The position numbers were made by a program, and so were the translations under genes. From positions 64,001-128,000 of the forward strand of contig JBGPIA010000005.1 of the NCBI GenBank assembly GCA_041484665.1: a stretch of DNA of 64,000 nt, given 5' to 3'. The notes beneath the pieces were generated by a model, which saw only the letters and a program-made list of their open reading frames with translations, was not told where the DNA came from and did no database searches. The stretch is from Candidatus Krumholzibacteriia bacterium. GTDB taxonomy: Bacteria; Krumholzibacteriota; Krumholzibacteriia; JAJRXK01. Numbering within the stretch: the stretch's first letter is position 1; every line of letters begins with the position of its first letter. Of the stretch, positions 22,453 to 34,040 are shown piece after piece.

Positions 22453-24207
22453 ATGAAGAAAGCGCAGTTCACCGGGTTGATCGAGGACCTCAAGAAGAAG
22501 GCCAAGGATCGCGGCGGCTACGTTCTCCACGACGAGATCAATTCGCTCTTGGCCGACGAGTTCGACATCCAGGAGCTCGACAAGATCTACGACAAACTCG
22601 CGCAGCTGAAGATCGAGTTCTTTGACGACGAGTCGGCGGCGAAGAAGAAGATGGAGGCGCGCGAGCGCCGACGGATCAAGAAGCTCAAAGCCGAGCGCAA
22701 GGCGGCGCGCGCCAGCATCAAGTACGACGACCCCGTGCGCATGTACCTGCGGGAGATGGGCAAGGTCCCGCTGCTGGACCGCGAGGGCGAGGTCCGCCTG
22801 GCCAAACAGATGGAGGAAGGGCACCTGCGCATCATCCGCGCCATCCTCCAGTCGAGCAACACGCGCGTCGAGCTGCGCCAGCTCGCCGACCGACTGGGAC
22901 GCGAGACCATGGTGGTAGACGAGGTCATCCAGACCGATGCCAGCACCTGGTCCATGAATGTCACTCCGCGCAAGGAGAGCCTGCGCATCAGCCGCGTCGT
23001 GGACCACATCGAGCAGTGGCGCGAGGAGATCACCAAGGAGCGCAAGGAGCTGGCGAAGAACCCGGCGGCCGCCCGGGCCAACACCCTCGAGAAGATGGTC
23101 GTCGCCCGCGAGGAGAAGATCGTCTCAGAGTTCTGCAGCCTCAAGCTCACCAACCAGCAGATTGAGTCCATGGCCAACTCGCTGCGCGTCGTGCTGCAGA
23201 AGATCGACGACACGCAGGCGCAGATCCGTCAGTGCGAGGACTTCGTTGGCATGGACCTCAAATCGCTCAATGCCGCGATCAAGGACCTGTCCGGAGACCG
23301 CGTGCGGGCGCTGAAAGTGCCGGGCAAGGGAGAGTTCGAGCGCAAGGACCTGGTGGAGATCCAGCAGAAGATCCGTACGCTGCGCGGGCGCAACAAGAAG
23401 ATCGAGGACGAGATCGGTCTGAAGACCGAGCGCCTGGAGGCGCTGGTGGGCGAGATCGACGCCGGCGAGCGCCAGCTCGAGAAGGCCGTCCGCCAGATGA
23501 TCGAGGCCAACGTGCGCCTGGTCATCTCCATCGCCAAGCGCTACACGAACCGTGGTCTGGAGTTCCTCGACCTGATCCAGGAGGGCAACAGCGGTCTGAT
23601 GCGGGCGGTGGAGAAGTTCGACTACCGCAAGGGCTACAAGTTCTCCACCTACGCGACGTGGTGGATCCGCCAGGCGATCACCCGCGCCATCGCCGACCAG
23701 GCGCGCACGATCCGCGTGCCGGTGCACATGATCGAGGCCATCAACAAGGTGAACCGCGTGAGCCGCCAGCTGCTGCAGGAGCTGGGGCGCGACCCCACGC
23801 CGGCCGAGGTGGCCCGGCGTCTGGACATGCCGGTGGACAAGGTGAAGAGCGTGATGAAGGCGAGCCTGGAGCCGGTCTCGCTCGACCGTCCCATCGGCGA
23901 GGACGAGGACAGCAATCTGGGCGATTTCATCGAGGACACCTCCGCCCCTAGCCCGGCGCGCCAGGCCGCCCACGCGATGCTGCAGGACCGCATGAGCCGC
24001 GTACTCTCCACGCTCACACGGCGCGAGGAGAAGGTGATCCGTCTGCGCTTCGGGCTGGGCGATGGCACGCCGCGCACGCTGGAGGAGGTCGGGACGATTT
24101 TCAAGGTGACCCGCGAGCGCGTGCGGCAGATCGAGGCGAAGGCGCTGCGCAAGCTGCGCCACCCTAGCCGCAGCCGTAAGCTCAAGGGGTACACGGAGAT
24201 CATTTGA
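22453..24207 (+). CDS. rpoD: RNA polymerase primary sigma factor
   Basis: [71 protein letters not shown]. Confidence 0.98.
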   Translation: MKKAQFTGLIEDLKKKAKDRGGYVLHDEINSLLADEFDIQELDKIYDKLAQLKIEFFDDESAAKKKMEARERRRIKKLKAERKAARASIKYDDPVRMYLREMGKVPLLDREGEVRLAKQMEEGHLRIIRAILQSSNTRVELRQLADRLGRETMVVDEVIQTDASTWSMNVTPRKESLRISRVVDHIEQWREEITKERKELAKNPAAARANTLEKMVVAREEKIVSEFCSLKLTNQQIESMANSLRVVLQKIDDTQAQIRQCEDFVGMDLKSLNAAIKDLSGDRVRALKVPGKGEFERKDLVEIQQKIRTLRGRNKKIEDEIGLKTERLEALVGEIDAGERQLEKAVRQMIEANVRLVISIAKRYTNRGLEFLDLIQEGNSGLMRAVEKFDYRKGYKFSTYATWWIRQAITRAIADQARTIRVPVHMIEAINKVNRVSRQLLQELGRDPTPAEVARRLDMPVDKVKSVMKASLEPVSLDRPIGEDEDSNLGDFIEDTSAPSPARQAAHAMLQDRMSRVLSTLTRREEKVIRLRFGLGDGTPRTLEEVGTIFKVTRERVRQIEAKALRKLRHPSRSRKLKGYTEII

Positions 24208-24249
24208 TGCGCGCGCGCTGCGCTTGCCAGGCGTCGGCGGCGGTTGGGG

Positions 24250-24278
24250 TTGACCGACCCTGGGGCCGATGATAAGTT
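24250..24278 (+). promoter_or_regulatory. Putative sigma70 promoter of the tRNA pair
   Basis: TTGACC-17 bp-TAAGTT with extended TG, about 20 bp before tRNA-Ile2. Confidence 0.65.
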
Positions 24279-24297
24279 GTCAGTTCCCGGTTTCGGC

Positions 24298-24371
24298 GGG
24301 CCCATAGCTCAGGCGGTAAGAGCAGCCGGCTCATAACCGGTCGGTCGCAGGTTCGAGTCCTGCTGGGCCCA
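24298..24371 (+). tRNA. tRNA with CAT anticodon, most likely tRNA-Ile2 (lysidine-modified)
   Basis: GGGCCCA/TGGGCCC acceptor stem, GCCGG-CTCATAA-CCGGT arm, GGTTCGAGTCC; body resembles known Ile2 tRNAs; no initiator features; CCA not encoded. Confidence 0.88.
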
Positions 24372-24381
24372 GGTCCGGGGT

Positions 24382-24458
24382 GGGCGATTAGCTCAGCTGG
24401 CCAGAGCGCTCGCCTCACACGCGAGAGGTCACTGGTTCAAGTCCAGTATCGCCCACCA
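24382..24458 (+). tRNA. tRNA-Val (CAC)
   Basis: GGGCGAT/ATCGCCC acceptor, CTCGC-CTCACAC-GCGAG arm, GGTTCAAGTCC, encoded CCA. Confidence 0.95.
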
Positions 24459-24516
24459 TGGCCGGTCCTGGGCTGCAGCAGATGATCCGTCACCGTCGAG
24501 AGGTGAAGAGGCGTTC

Positions 24517-25290
24517 GTGACAGCTGCCGATCCCAGCGTCCTCAGCCAGCTCGTCGCGTACGACCGCAAAGTCGGCGAGCTGGAGCAGTCCCTGGAAGCC
24601 GGCCGCCGCAAGATCTCCGACCTCGACGCCCTGGAGGCCGAGGTGGCGGCCGCGCACGAGGCCGCCAAGGCGCGCCTCACCGATACCCGCCTCAGCGTCC
24701 GGCGCACCGAGGCGGAGATCGCCGACCTCAAGCGCCAGGCTGCGCTGCACAAGGGCCACCTGAGCGACATCTCCGACACGCGCGAGTGGCGTGCGCTCAA
24801 CGAGGAGATCCGCTACATCCAGCGTCAGATCGAGGAGCGGGAGGAAGCTACTCTCGCCTCGATGGAGCAGGCCGAGAAGGCCCAGGCGGTCGTGGGCGAG
24901 GCTGCCGCTGCGCTGGAGACCAAGCGCGCCGAGGTCGCGGTCCTCAAGTCCCAACTCGTGGCCGAGCGCGAGCGCCAGGCGCAGGAGCTGGAGCGCGCGC
25001 GGGCGTTGCGCGACCAGTTCGTGCGGGGGATGCCGCCCGTGACGCTGCGCTTCTACGAGCGCCTGGCCGCCCGCCAGCCAATGCCGATCGTCTGGCTGTG
25101 GGAGAGCGCCTGCAGCTTTTGCCACCATCGCCTGACGCCCCAGTCGCAGATCGCGGTCAAGCGCGGCCAGTCGATCGTCACCTGCGAGAGCTGTGGCCGG
25201 ATCGTCGTGGCTCCCCCCGCCAACGGCGCTCCTCGCGATACCGCGCAGGGCCCCCAGGGCGTGGCGGGAGGCGCTCCGGAGGCAGCGTGA
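24517..25290 (+). CDS. Coiled-coil protein with C4 zinc ribbon (DUF164/CT398-like)
   Basis: Long coiled coil followed by ACSFCH...TCESCGRI. Confidence 0.88.
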   Translation: MTAADPSVLSQLVAYDRKVGELEQSLEAGRRKISDLDALEAEVAAAHEAAKARLTDTRLSVRRTEAEIADLKRQAALHKGHLSDISDTREWRALNEEIRYIQRQIEEREEATLASMEQAEKAQAVVGEAAAALETKRAEVAVLKSQLVAERERQAQELERARALRDQFVRGMPPVTLRFYERLAARQPMPIVWLWESACSFCHHRLTPQSQIAVKRGQSIVTCESCGRIVVAPPANGAPRDTAQGPQGVAGGAPEAA

Positions 25291-26009
25291 GCGCTTCTGA
25301 CGCGGAGGAACTGCTGCGGCGGCTCGCCGCGGGGGCTGCACTGGCGAAGGCGGCGCGGGCGGCGGGCTTCCCCTCCACCGCGGCAGCGTCGGCTGCCCTG
25401 CTGCGGCTCGCCGACCGGGTCCCCTCAATCTCGCCAGATTCCGACGCCTCCCCCGGTGGTGGCACTGGCGTTGCCAGCGGCGAGCGCGCTGCACGCCCCA
25501 CCGCTACCAGCAACGCACTCGGGTCGCGCGCCGGGCGAGCGACCACCCTGCCACCCGCTCCCCCCGTGCAGAACCCGTATCCGCCGGGGTCCGAGGCGGT
25601 CGTCCTCGCCGACGGCGCCTGCCGTGGGAATCCCGGCCCGGCGGCCTATGGGTGCGCTTACGCGGACGCGGCCGGACGCATGCTCTGTGGCGAGGGAGTG
25701 GCGATCGGCCACGCGACCAACAACGTGGCGGAATACCGCGGCGCCATCGCGGCACTCGAGCGCCTTTCTGGCTGGGGCGTACGCCGCGCCGTGCTGCGGC
25801 TGGACAGCCAGCTGGTCGTCCGCCAGGTCACGGGCGCCTACCGGGTGAAGGACCCCGTTCTCCAGCAGCTCCATGGAACGCTCGTGCAGCGCGTGCGAGC
25901 GTTCGAACGCCTGCAGGTCGAGCACGTGCCGCGGGCGCAGAACGCCGTGGCCGATGCCCTGGCCAATCACGCCCTGGACCAGGCGCAGGGCGGGCGCGCG
26001 AGTCGCTGA
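25287..26009 (+). CDS. Ribonuclease HI family protein with N-terminal extension
   Basis: ADGACRGNPGPA, TNNVAEY, LDSQLVVRQV, HVPRAQNAVADALAN; GTGA overlap with upstream stop. Confidence 0.9.
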   Translation: MSASDAEELLRRLAAGAALAKAARAAGFPSTAAASAALLRLADRVPSISPDSDASPGGGTGVASGERAARPTATSNALGSRAGRATTLPPAPPVQNPYPPGSEAVVLADGACRGNPGPAAYGCAYADAAGRMLCGEGVAIGHATNNVAEYRGAIAALERLSGWGVRRAVLRLDSQLVVRQVTGAYRVKDPVLQQLHGTLVQRVRAFERLQVEHVPRAQNAVADALANHALDQAQGGRASR

Positions 26010-26082
26010 GCGCACGTGTGCAGGCCCGGGCGCGCTGGCCAAGCGCCGCGGCCCGCGATAGACTGGGAACTGTAAACTCCCA

Positions 26083-26477
26083 TTCGAGCCGGAGTTGGAC
26101 AGACGGCCGCGCGCCCCGCTTGCCGGGACGCGAGGAAAGTCCGAGCACCATCGGGCAGGATGCTGGGTAACGCCCAGTGGGAGCGATCCCAAGGAAAGTG
26201 CCACAGAGAACAGACCGCCCAAGCTCCGCGCAAGCGGAGACGGCAAGGGTGAAACGGCGGGGTAAGAGCCCACCGCCTTCCCGGTGACGGGAAGGGCACG
26301 GTAAACCCCATCCGGTGCAAGACCAAATAGGGGAGGAGAGGCGGCCCGTCTCGCTCGACTCCCGGGTAGGTCGCTGGAGGCCGCGGGCAACCGCGGTTCG
26401 AGAGAAATGGTCGTCGCCGACGGCTCCGCGAGGGGCCGGCGGAACAGAACTCGGCTTACGGACGGCTCCGGCTCGAA
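26083..26477 (+). ncRNA. rnpB: RNase P RNA (type A)
   Basis: GAGGAAAGTCCGAGC, GGAAAGTGCCACAGA, GGGTGAAACGGCGGGGTAAGAGCCC, GGTAAACCCC, ACAGAACTCGGCTTA; terminal P1 helix ttcgagccggag/ctccggctcgaa; TAGACT -10 at 26059. Confidence 0.97.
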
Positions 26478-26564
26478 GTATCTTCGTGCCTCCGCTGCCG
26501 GCGACGTGCCCCACGGTGGGACACCGTGCGGCGGCAACGGCAGTGCATCGCGAGAAGGAACGCC

Positions 26565-28295
26565 GTGGCCAGCGCGCGCCTGGAGCGGGTGTGGATGCTG
26601 CCGCCGCTCGCGGCTCCCGCAGCGGCACAGCGTCTGTGCGCCGAGTTGGGGCTGCCGCGCGTAGCCGGCGAGGTACTCGTCCGCCGCGGCCTGCACAACC
26701 CCGCCGTAGCCCGCCGCTTCCTGGACGCTGGCGCTGCCGATCTCCACGATCCCTTCCTGCTACCCGATCTCGAGGCGGCCGCGCATCGACTCGCCCGCGC
26801 CATCCAAGGCGGCGAGCGCATCGTGGTCCACGGCGATTACGACGCCGACGGGATCACTGGTGCGGCGCTGTTGGCCGGCGCGCTGCGCCGCCTGGGCGCG
26901 CAGGCCGAGCCCTTCGTTCCCGACCGCATACGGGATGGTTACGGTGTCTCGGCGCGGCTGGTGGAGCACGCGGGCGCGCACGGCGTCACGCTCTTGATCA
27001 CCGTCGATACGGGCTCCAGCGCCGAGCTGCAGCTGCGCCGCGCCCGCGAGCTGGGGATCGACGTGATCGTCTGCGATCACCATCTGTTCGACGTACGGCC
27101 TGACGGTGCGACCTGGCTGATCAATCCGCAACGCACCGACAGCGCCTACCCCAATGCGGAGCTGTGCGGGTGCGGCGTCGCTTTCAAACTGCTCTGCGGG
27201 TTGGCGCGGGTGCTCGAGCGCCCCTGCGATGTGGAGCGCGAGCTGGACCTGGTGGCGATCGCGCTGTTGGCTGATCAGATGCCCGTGCTGGGCGAGAACC
27301 GCGCGCTGGTGCGCCTGGGGCTCGCTCGCATGGCGCAGTCGTCGAGGCCCGGTGTGCGGGCGCTGCTCGCCAGCGCCGGCCTGCAGGGCCAGGCGCTGGA
27401 TGCCAGCGACATCGCGTACCAGATCGCTCCGCGCATCAACGCCGCGGGCCGCATCGAGAGCGCGCGTACGGCGCTCGACCTGCTGCTCACCGAAGATCCG
27501 GCCCAGGCCGCGCAGCTGGCGCTGCGGCTGGGCGTGCTCAACCGCCAGCGGCAGGCCCTCGACCGCACGATGACCGACGAGGCCGTGACCCGCGCGATGG
27601 AGCTGCTGCAGGAGGGCCCGCGCGCGAGCCTGGTGCTGGCCTCGCAGGACTGGCACGTGGGCGTGGTGGGGATCGGTGCGGCGCGCCTGGTGCAGCGCTT
27701 CCACGTTCCGACGGTGCTGCTCAGCGTCATGGGCGAGGAGGCGCGCGGCTCGGCCCGCAGCGTGCCGGGGTTCGATCTGAAACAGGCCCTCGACGGCTGC
27801 GCCGGACACCTTACCCGCTACGGAGGGCATGCCGCCGCGGCCGGCCTCACGCTTCCTGCGCGCGGGATCGCAGGGTTCACGGCGCGCTTCGAGGAGGTCG
27901 CCGCGCAGATGCCGCGCCGTTCCGGTCAGGAGCCGCTCCTGCTGGATGCCGTGCTACCTCTGGGCGAGATCGACGCTGGGCTGGCGGACTTCCTGGTGAA
28001 GCTCGGCCCCTTCGGCCTCGGAAATCCGCAGCCCCTGTTCGCGGCCTATGGACTGCGGGTGACGGCGCCCCCCTCGGTCGTGGGGCAGAAGCATCTGCGC
28101 CTCGCCCTGAGCGAGGACGGCCTGCGGCGCGGCTTCATCGGGTTCGGGTTGGCCCACCACGTGCAAGAGCCGTTGCGGGGAGGGTCACGCCTGGACGTTG
28201 CCTTCCGCGCGCGATTCGTGCCGAACCCGCGCTTCGATCCGTGGGAGCTCTCCGTGGAGAGCCTGCGCGTGCTGCCACCGGAGGCCGCGCCATGA
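26565..28295 (+). CDS. recJ: Single-stranded-DNA exonuclease RecJ
   Basis: GDYDADG, ITVDTG, DHH, PRINAAGR, GSARS, GGHAAAAG; GTG after AGAAGGA. Confidence 0.95.
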   Translation: MASARLERVWMLPPLAAPAAAQRLCAELGLPRVAGEVLVRRGLHNPAVARRFLDAGAADLHDPFLLPDLEAAAHRLARAIQGGERIVVHGDYDADGITGAALLAGALRRLGAQAEPFVPDRIRDGYGVSARLVEHAGAHGVTLLITVDTGSSAELQLRRARELGIDVIVCDHHLFDVRPDGATWLINPQRTDSAYPNAELCGCGVAFKLLCGLARVLERPCDVERELDLVAIALLADQMPVLGENRALVRLGLARMAQSSRPGVRALLASAGLQGQALDASDIAYQIAPRINAAGRIESARTALDLLLTEDPAQAAQLALRLGVLNRQRQALDRTMTDEAVTRAMELLQEGPRASLVLASQDWHVGVVGIGAARLVQRFHVPTVLLSVMGEEARGSARSVPGFDLKQALDGCAGHLTRYGGHAAAAGLTLPARGIAGFTARFEEVAAQMPRRSGQEPLLLDAVLPLGEIDAGLADFLVKLGPFGLGNPQPLFAAYGLRVTAPPSVVGQKHLRLALSEDGLRRGFIGFGLAHHVQEPLRGGSRLDVAFRARFVPNPRFDPWELSVESLRVLPPEAAP

Positions 28296-30522
28296 TCCGC
28301 CGCCGCAACGACACTACCCTCGAAACGCAGGAGCTCGAGGCGCGCATGCGCAGCCTGGTGGTGAAGGTCTCGGGCTACCACCCCCAGGCGGACATGGAGA
28401 AGCTGTGGCGCGCCTTCCACCGCGGGCTCAAGGCCCACGAGGGGCAGACGCGCAAGAGCGGCGAGCCGTATTTCACCCACGCGCTGACCGTGGCCGAGAT
28501 CCTCACCGACCTGCGCCTGGACGTGGACACCATCGCCGCCGGGCTGCTGCACGACGTGGTGGAGGACACGATCATCTCGCTGGACGACCTGCGCGATGAG
28601 TTCGGTGAAGAGGTTGCGCTGTTGGTGGACGGCGTCACCAAGATCAGCGAGATCCGCTACGAGAACCCCGAGGCGCAGCAGGCGGAGAACTACCGCAAGT
28701 TTCTCCTGACCATCTCCAAAGACGTGCGCGTCATCCTCATCAAGCTGGCCGACCGCCTGCACAACATGCGCACCATCGATGCGCTGGAGCCGGACCGCCG
28801 CGAGGCCATCTCGCAGGAAACCCTCAACGTCTACGCGCCACTCGCCCATCGTTTCGGGATCGCCCGCATGAAGTGGGAGCTGGAGGACCTCGCGTTCAAG
28901 ACGCTCTATCCCGAGGAGTTCCGCACGATTGACGAAGGGATCGCCGCGCGGCGCGAGGAGCGCGAGGCGATCATCCAGCAGATCCAGGAGCCCCTGAGCA
29001 GCAAGCTGGCCGAAGCAGGCATCTCGGCCGAGATCATGGGGCGGCCCAAGCACTTCTACTCGATCTGGAAGAAGATGGAGAGCCGGGGTGCCGGCCTCGA
29101 CCAGATCTACGACCTGCTGGCCATCCGCATCATCGTCGAGTCGCTGCGCGACTGCTACCACGCGCTGGGGGTGATCCACTCCACATTCACGCCGCTGCAC
29201 GACCGCGTGAAGGACTACATCGCCAATCCCAAGTCCAACATGTACCAGTCGCTGCACACCACCGTGCGCGGCCCGTCCGGACACCTGGTCGAGGTGCAGA
29301 TCCGCACGCGGGAGATGCACCGCCGCGCCGAGGTGGGGATCGCGGCCCATTGGCGCTACAAGGAGGGCACCAAGGCGGCGACGCCCGACGAGCGCCTCGA
29401 CCAGCAGCTGCAGTGGTTCCGCGAAGTGCTGGAGTGGCAGCGCGACGTGAAGGACCCGCGGGAATTCATGGACGCACTGCGCATCGACCTGTTCGAGGAC
29501 GACGTCTACGTGTTCAGTCCGCGCGGCGACCTGTTCAAGATGCCGCGGGGGAGCACCCCTCTGGACTACGCCTTCTACGTGCACAGCGCAGTCGGGCTGC
29601 ACTGCGTCGGCGCCCGGGTGAACGCGCGGATGGTGCCGCTGCGCTACAGCCTGCGCAGCGGTGAAACCGTGGAAATCCTCACCAGCAAGGCCGCCAACCC
29701 CAGCCCCGACTGGCTGGAGATCGTCAAGACCAGCCGCGCCAAGCACCACATCCGCCACTGGATCAAGGCCCGGCAGCTCGACGAGGCGATCAAGCTCGGG
29801 CGCGAGCTGCTCGAGCGCGAGCTCAAGAAGCTGCGCGCCAAGGTCGACCTGGATAAGGAGCTGATCGAGGTCGCCCAGTCGCTGGGACACCGCGACGCCG
29901 ACCGCCTGCTGGCTGCCATCGGCAGCGGACATCTTCCCGTACAGAAGATCGTGCACCGCCTGGTGCCCACGGAGGAGCCGCGCAAGCGGCGGGTGGCCCT
30001 GCCGCCGCGGCTTCAGTCGGCGTTCCAGCGCCGCAGCGAGAGCGCGGTGCGCATCCAGGGCATCAGCAACCTGCTGATCCGCTTCGCGCGCTGCTGCCAG
30101 CCCGTTCCCGGCGATGCCATTACCGGCATCATCAGCATCGGGCGCGGCGTCTCCGTGCATCGCGCCGACTGCGCCAACGTCCGCGACGGGCTGGTGGAGG
30201 CCGAGCGCCGCGTCGAGGTCACCTGGGACGTGGCCGACGATACGACCTTTCCCGTGCACCTCACCGTGGTGGGGCAGGACCGCAAGAACCTCCTGGCCGA
30301 CATCTCCCGCTCGATCGGCGAGCTCGATTGCAACATCCAGGCGGGGAGTTTCGAGGGCACCCACGACTACGCCCGCTGCAGCTTCATGGTCGAGGTGCGC
30401 AACCTCCACCATCTCGACAAGATCATCAAGGCGATCCGCAAGATTCCCGGGGTAAGCCGCGTCGAGCGCTCCACGTTCGTCGGTGGAGGGACCCCTCTGG
30501 GCGATCACCTGGAGGGCGACGA

Positions 30523-30526
<4 letters not shown>
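28292..30526 (+). CDS. rel: Bifunctional (p)ppGpp synthetase/hydrolase
   Basis: RKSGEPY, LHDVVED, KLADRLHNMRT, YQSLHTTV, EVQIRT, TGS, CCQPVPGD and ACT domains. Confidence 0.97.
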
Positions 30527-30981
<455 letters not shown>

Positions 30982-31114
30982 GCGCGCCCGGGGCGGGACT
31001 CTCCGCTCGGCAGTCCTCGCCCCGCAGCGCGAACTACTATTTCGCGCCTGGAATCGCTGGCGGCGCGCTGCGGGGCTGCGGAGAGCCTCGCGGAGAGTCC
31101 CCCGCCGGGCGCGC
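30982..31114 (+). repeat. Hairpin element copy C (133-bp imperfect palindrome)
   Basis: Nested arms gcgcgcccgg/ccgggcgcgc, gggactctccgc/gcggagagtccc, gccccgcagcgcg/cgcgctgcggggc; begins on the base after the dtd stop. Confidence 0.88.
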
Positions 31115-31264
31115 ACTCACGGCCGTGGACTCAAGCTGCGCCGACGATTACGCCCGTCGGGGGCAAGGGGCTCGCGGTCCGGCGCTGCAACGAGCTCGTT
31201 GCTGCGCGCGAGGAACTGAGCTGAGCGCTCCCGCGAACTGCGGCGCGAAGGACGCCGCGCAGGC

Positions 31265-31885
31265 ATGAGTCACGAGCATCCGTTCCTGCCGCCGCTGCCG
31301 GGGCCGCTGGTGCTGGCCAGCCAGAGCCCGCGCCGCGCGCAAGTGTTGCGTGCGCAGCAGTTGTCGTTCACGGTCGATCCGGCCGAGGTGGACGAGTCGG
31401 CGCTCCCGGGCGAAGGCCCCGTCCAGCACGTCCTGCGCTTGGGCTTGGCCAAGGCCGAGCGCGTGGCGGCCCGCCATCCGGGCGCGGTCACGCTCGGCTG
31501 CGACACGATCGTGGTGATCGACGGCGAGATCCTGGGCAAGCCCCACGACAGCGCCGAGGCGATCGCGATGTTGCAGCGTCTTGCGGGACGCGAACACCAG
31601 GTGTTCAGCGCCGTTGCCCTGGTCATCACCTCTGCTGGCTTTCGCGCGGCCGACCATGATGAGACGCGCGTGCGCTTCCGGGCGCTGACCCAGGCGGAGA
31701 TCGAGCGCTACGTGGCCACCGGCGAGCCGCTGGACAAAGCGGGGGCCTACGGCATCCAGGAGCATGGCGCGCTGCTCGTGCGGGCAATCCTGGGCTGCTA
31801 CTTCAACGTCATGGGAATGCCCTTGACGGCTCTGCGCCGTGTCTGGCTGGCCTGCGCGGCCCACCAGGGGGCGCAGCGAGCATGA
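31265..31885 (+). CDS. maf: Maf family nucleoside triphosphate pyrophosphatase
   Basis: LVLASQSPRR, GCDTIVV, LGKP, DKAGAYGIQ. Confidence 0.95.
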   Translation: MSHEHPFLPPLPGPLVLASQSPRRAQVLRAQQLSFTVDPAEVDESALPGEGPVQHVLRLGLAKAERVAARHPGAVTLGCDTIVVIDGEILGKPHDSAEAIAMLQRLAGREHQVFSAVALVITSAGFRAADHDETRVRFRALTQAEIERYVATGEPLDKAGAYGIQEHGALLVRAILGCYFNVMGMPLTALRRVWLACAAHQGAQRA

Positions 31886-33009
31886 GCCGCTCGGATCCGA
31901 CCCGCGTCGCGGCGGGCCGGCCGGCGCTGCCCCTGACGGTGGACTACGCGCCAGGGGTTGTGCGCCTGCTCGACCAGACGCTCTTGCCCGAGGCCGTCGT
32001 GGTCCACGAGTGCTCGACCGTGGACGAGCTGGTGGACGCGATCGTCCGCCTGCGGGTGCGTGGCGCACCGGCCATCGGCGTGGCTGCAGCGCACGGCGCG
32101 GCGCTGGCGGCCGATCTGGCGCTGGGGGCGGGCTGCGCCGCGCAGGCGCTGGCGGAGCAGGTGGACGCGGCGCTGGCGGCCCTGCGTCGGGCACGCCCGA
32201 CCGCCGTCAATCTGGGGTGGGCAGTGGATCGGATGCGCGCGGTCCTGCAACGGGAGGCGCCGTCCGCCCTGGCCGCCGCGGGGACGGCCGGCGCGCCAGC
32301 GCTGCGCGATGCCCTGGCGCGGGAAGCCGCCCTCATCCAGCAAGAGGACCAGCGCCTTTGCCGGGAGTTGGGCGCGCACGGAGCGGAGCTCCTGCCCGAT
32401 CCGTGCGTGGTCATGACCCATTGCAACGCCGGCGTGCTCGCGACGGCCGGGATCGGAACGGCTCTGGGCGTGATCTACGCCGCGGCCGAGAGCGGCAAGC
32501 GGGTGGAGGTGATCGTCCGGGAGACCCGGCCGCTGCTGCAGGGCGCGCGGCTCACGGCCTGGGAGCTCTCCCGTAATGGTCTGCCCGTCACGCTCATCTG
32601 CGACGATGCAGCGGGGTCGATCCTGCGCTCCCGCAGGGTGGACGCGGTCCTGGTCGGCGCCGACCGCATCGCCGCCAACGGGGACGTGGCCAACAAGATC
32701 GGGACCTACGCCCTGGCCGTCCTGGCCGCGCGTCACGGCGTGCCGTTCTACGTGGCTGCGCCGTACTCGACCCTGGACCTGTCCCTGCCTGACGGGAGCA
32801 CGATCCCCATCGAGGAGCGGTCGCCCGCCGAGGTGTCTGCCCATTGGGCCCAGGCCTCGGGGAGCTCTGGTGTGCGGGTAGCCAATCCGGCCTTCGACGT
32901 GACCCCGGCCGAGCTGGTGACGGCCATCATCACCGAGCGGGGGGTCCTGCGTGCCCCGCTGGGCGAGGCCATCCGCCGCCACTACGGGCGGTTGCCGCCG
33001 TCCGGGTAG
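31882..33009 (+). CDS. mtnA: S-methyl-5-thioribose-1-phosphate isomerase
   Basis: LDQTLLP, VRGAPAIG, RPTAVNL, THCNAG, ETRPLLQGARLT, ANKIGTY, NPAFDVTP. Confidence 0.96.
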   Translation: MSRSDPTRVAAGRPALPLTVDYAPGVVRLLDQTLLPEAVVVHECSTVDELVDAIVRLRVRGAPAIGVAAAHGAALAADLALGAGCAAQALAEQVDAALAALRRARPTAVNLGWAVDRMRAVLQREAPSALAAAGTAGAPALRDALAREAALIQQEDQRLCRELGAHGAELLPDPCVVMTHCNAGVLATAGIGTALGVIYAAAESGKRVEVIVRETRPLLQGARLTAWELSRNGLPVTLICDDAAGSILRSRRVDAVLVGADRIAANGDVANKIGTYALAVLAARHGVPFYVAAPYSTLDLSLPDGSTIPIEERSPAEVSAHWAQASGSSGVRVANPAFDVTPAELVTAIITERGVLRAPLGEAIRRHYGRLPPSG

Positions 33010-33011
33010 CC

Positions 33012-33040
33012 TTGACAGAGGCGAAAGGCGCTGATACATT
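33012..33040 (+). promoter_or_regulatory. Sigma70 promoter of the rplM-rpsI operon
   Basis: TTGACA-17 bp-TACATT with extended TG. Confidence 0.75.
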
Positions 33041-33094
33041 CCGGCGGTTGTGCGCGGACAGGATGGGCCTGGACCGAGGGGGAAGGAGCGCCCC

Positions 33095-33523
33095 GTGAAG
33101 ACCTTCAGCGCGAAGGCGCAGGACGTGACCCGGAACTGGTACGTGGTGGATGCCACGGATGTCCCCTTGGGACGTCTGGCCAGCCGTGTGGCGTCGGTGC
33201 TGCGCGGGAAGCACAAGCCGATCTACACGCCGCACGTGGACACCGGCGATCACATCGTCGTGCTCAACGCCAAGGCCATCCGGCTCAGCGGCAACAAGCT
33301 CGAGCAAAAGGTCTACGACCGGTACACGGGCTGGCCCGGCGGCTACTTCCAGCGCACCGCCCGCGAGATGATGCAGCGCGACCCGACCGAGGTGATCCGG
33401 ACGGCCGTCCGCGGGATGCTTCCCAAGAATCCCCTGGGCCGGCACATGCTGGGCAAGCTTAAGATCTACGAAGGATCCGAGCATCCCCACGCCGCCCAGA
33501 AGCCCGAGCCCATGACCATCTGA
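33095..33523 (+). CDS. rplM: 50S ribosomal protein L13
   Basis: [40 protein letters not shown] after AAGGAG. Confidence 0.98.
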   Translation: MKTFSAKAQDVTRNWYVVDATDVPLGRLASRVASVLRGKHKPIYTPHVDTGDHIVVLNAKAIRLSGNKLEQKVYDRYTGWPGGYFQRTAREMMQRDPTEVIRTAVRGMLPKNPLGRHMLGKLKIYEGSEHPHAAQKPEPMTI

Positions 33524-33618
33524 CGCCCCGCGCGCACGCCGGGGGTGCCCGTGGGGACCAGCGGTCGCCTGGCCTGTCCTTCGCGTCGCGCACCGCCGTC
33601 ACGAGTAGAGGAGCCCCT

Positions 33619-34020
33619 ATGGAGCAGGTCATCAGCGGCCGCACCTACGCCACCGGGCGGCGCAAGGAGTCGGTGGCTCGCGTGTGGCTGATTCCCGGCA
33701 GCGGCGCGATCAGCGTCAACGGCCGCCTGTTCGAGGACTATTTCCCCACAGAGACCCATCGCCAGGTCGTGCAGCAGCCCCTGATGGTGCTGAACAAGCG
33801 CGCCGAGTACGATGTGCGGGCCACCGTCAACGGCGGGGGCATCTCCGGCCAGGCTGGCGCCGTACGGCACGGGCTCGCGCGCGCCCTCGCCGCCGTCGAC
33901 CCGGGATTCCGGGCCCCGCTGCGCAAGGCGGGCCTGCTGACGCGGGACGCCCGGATGGTGGAGCGCAAGAAGTACGGCCGCCCGGGAGCGCGCAAGCGCT
34001 TCCAGTTCTCCAAGCGCTAG
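33619..34020 (+). CDS. rpsI: 30S ribosomal protein S9
   Basis: [27 protein letters not shown]...QFSKR. Confidence 0.99.
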   Translation: MEQVISGRTYATGRRKESVARVWLIPGSGAISVNGRLFEDYFPTETHRQVVQQPLMVLNKRAEYDVRATVNGGGISGQAGAVRHGLARALAAVDPGFRAPLRKAGLLTRDARMVERKKYGRPGARKRFQFSKR

Positions 34021-34040
34021 TCGCTGGAGCCGTCAAAACG

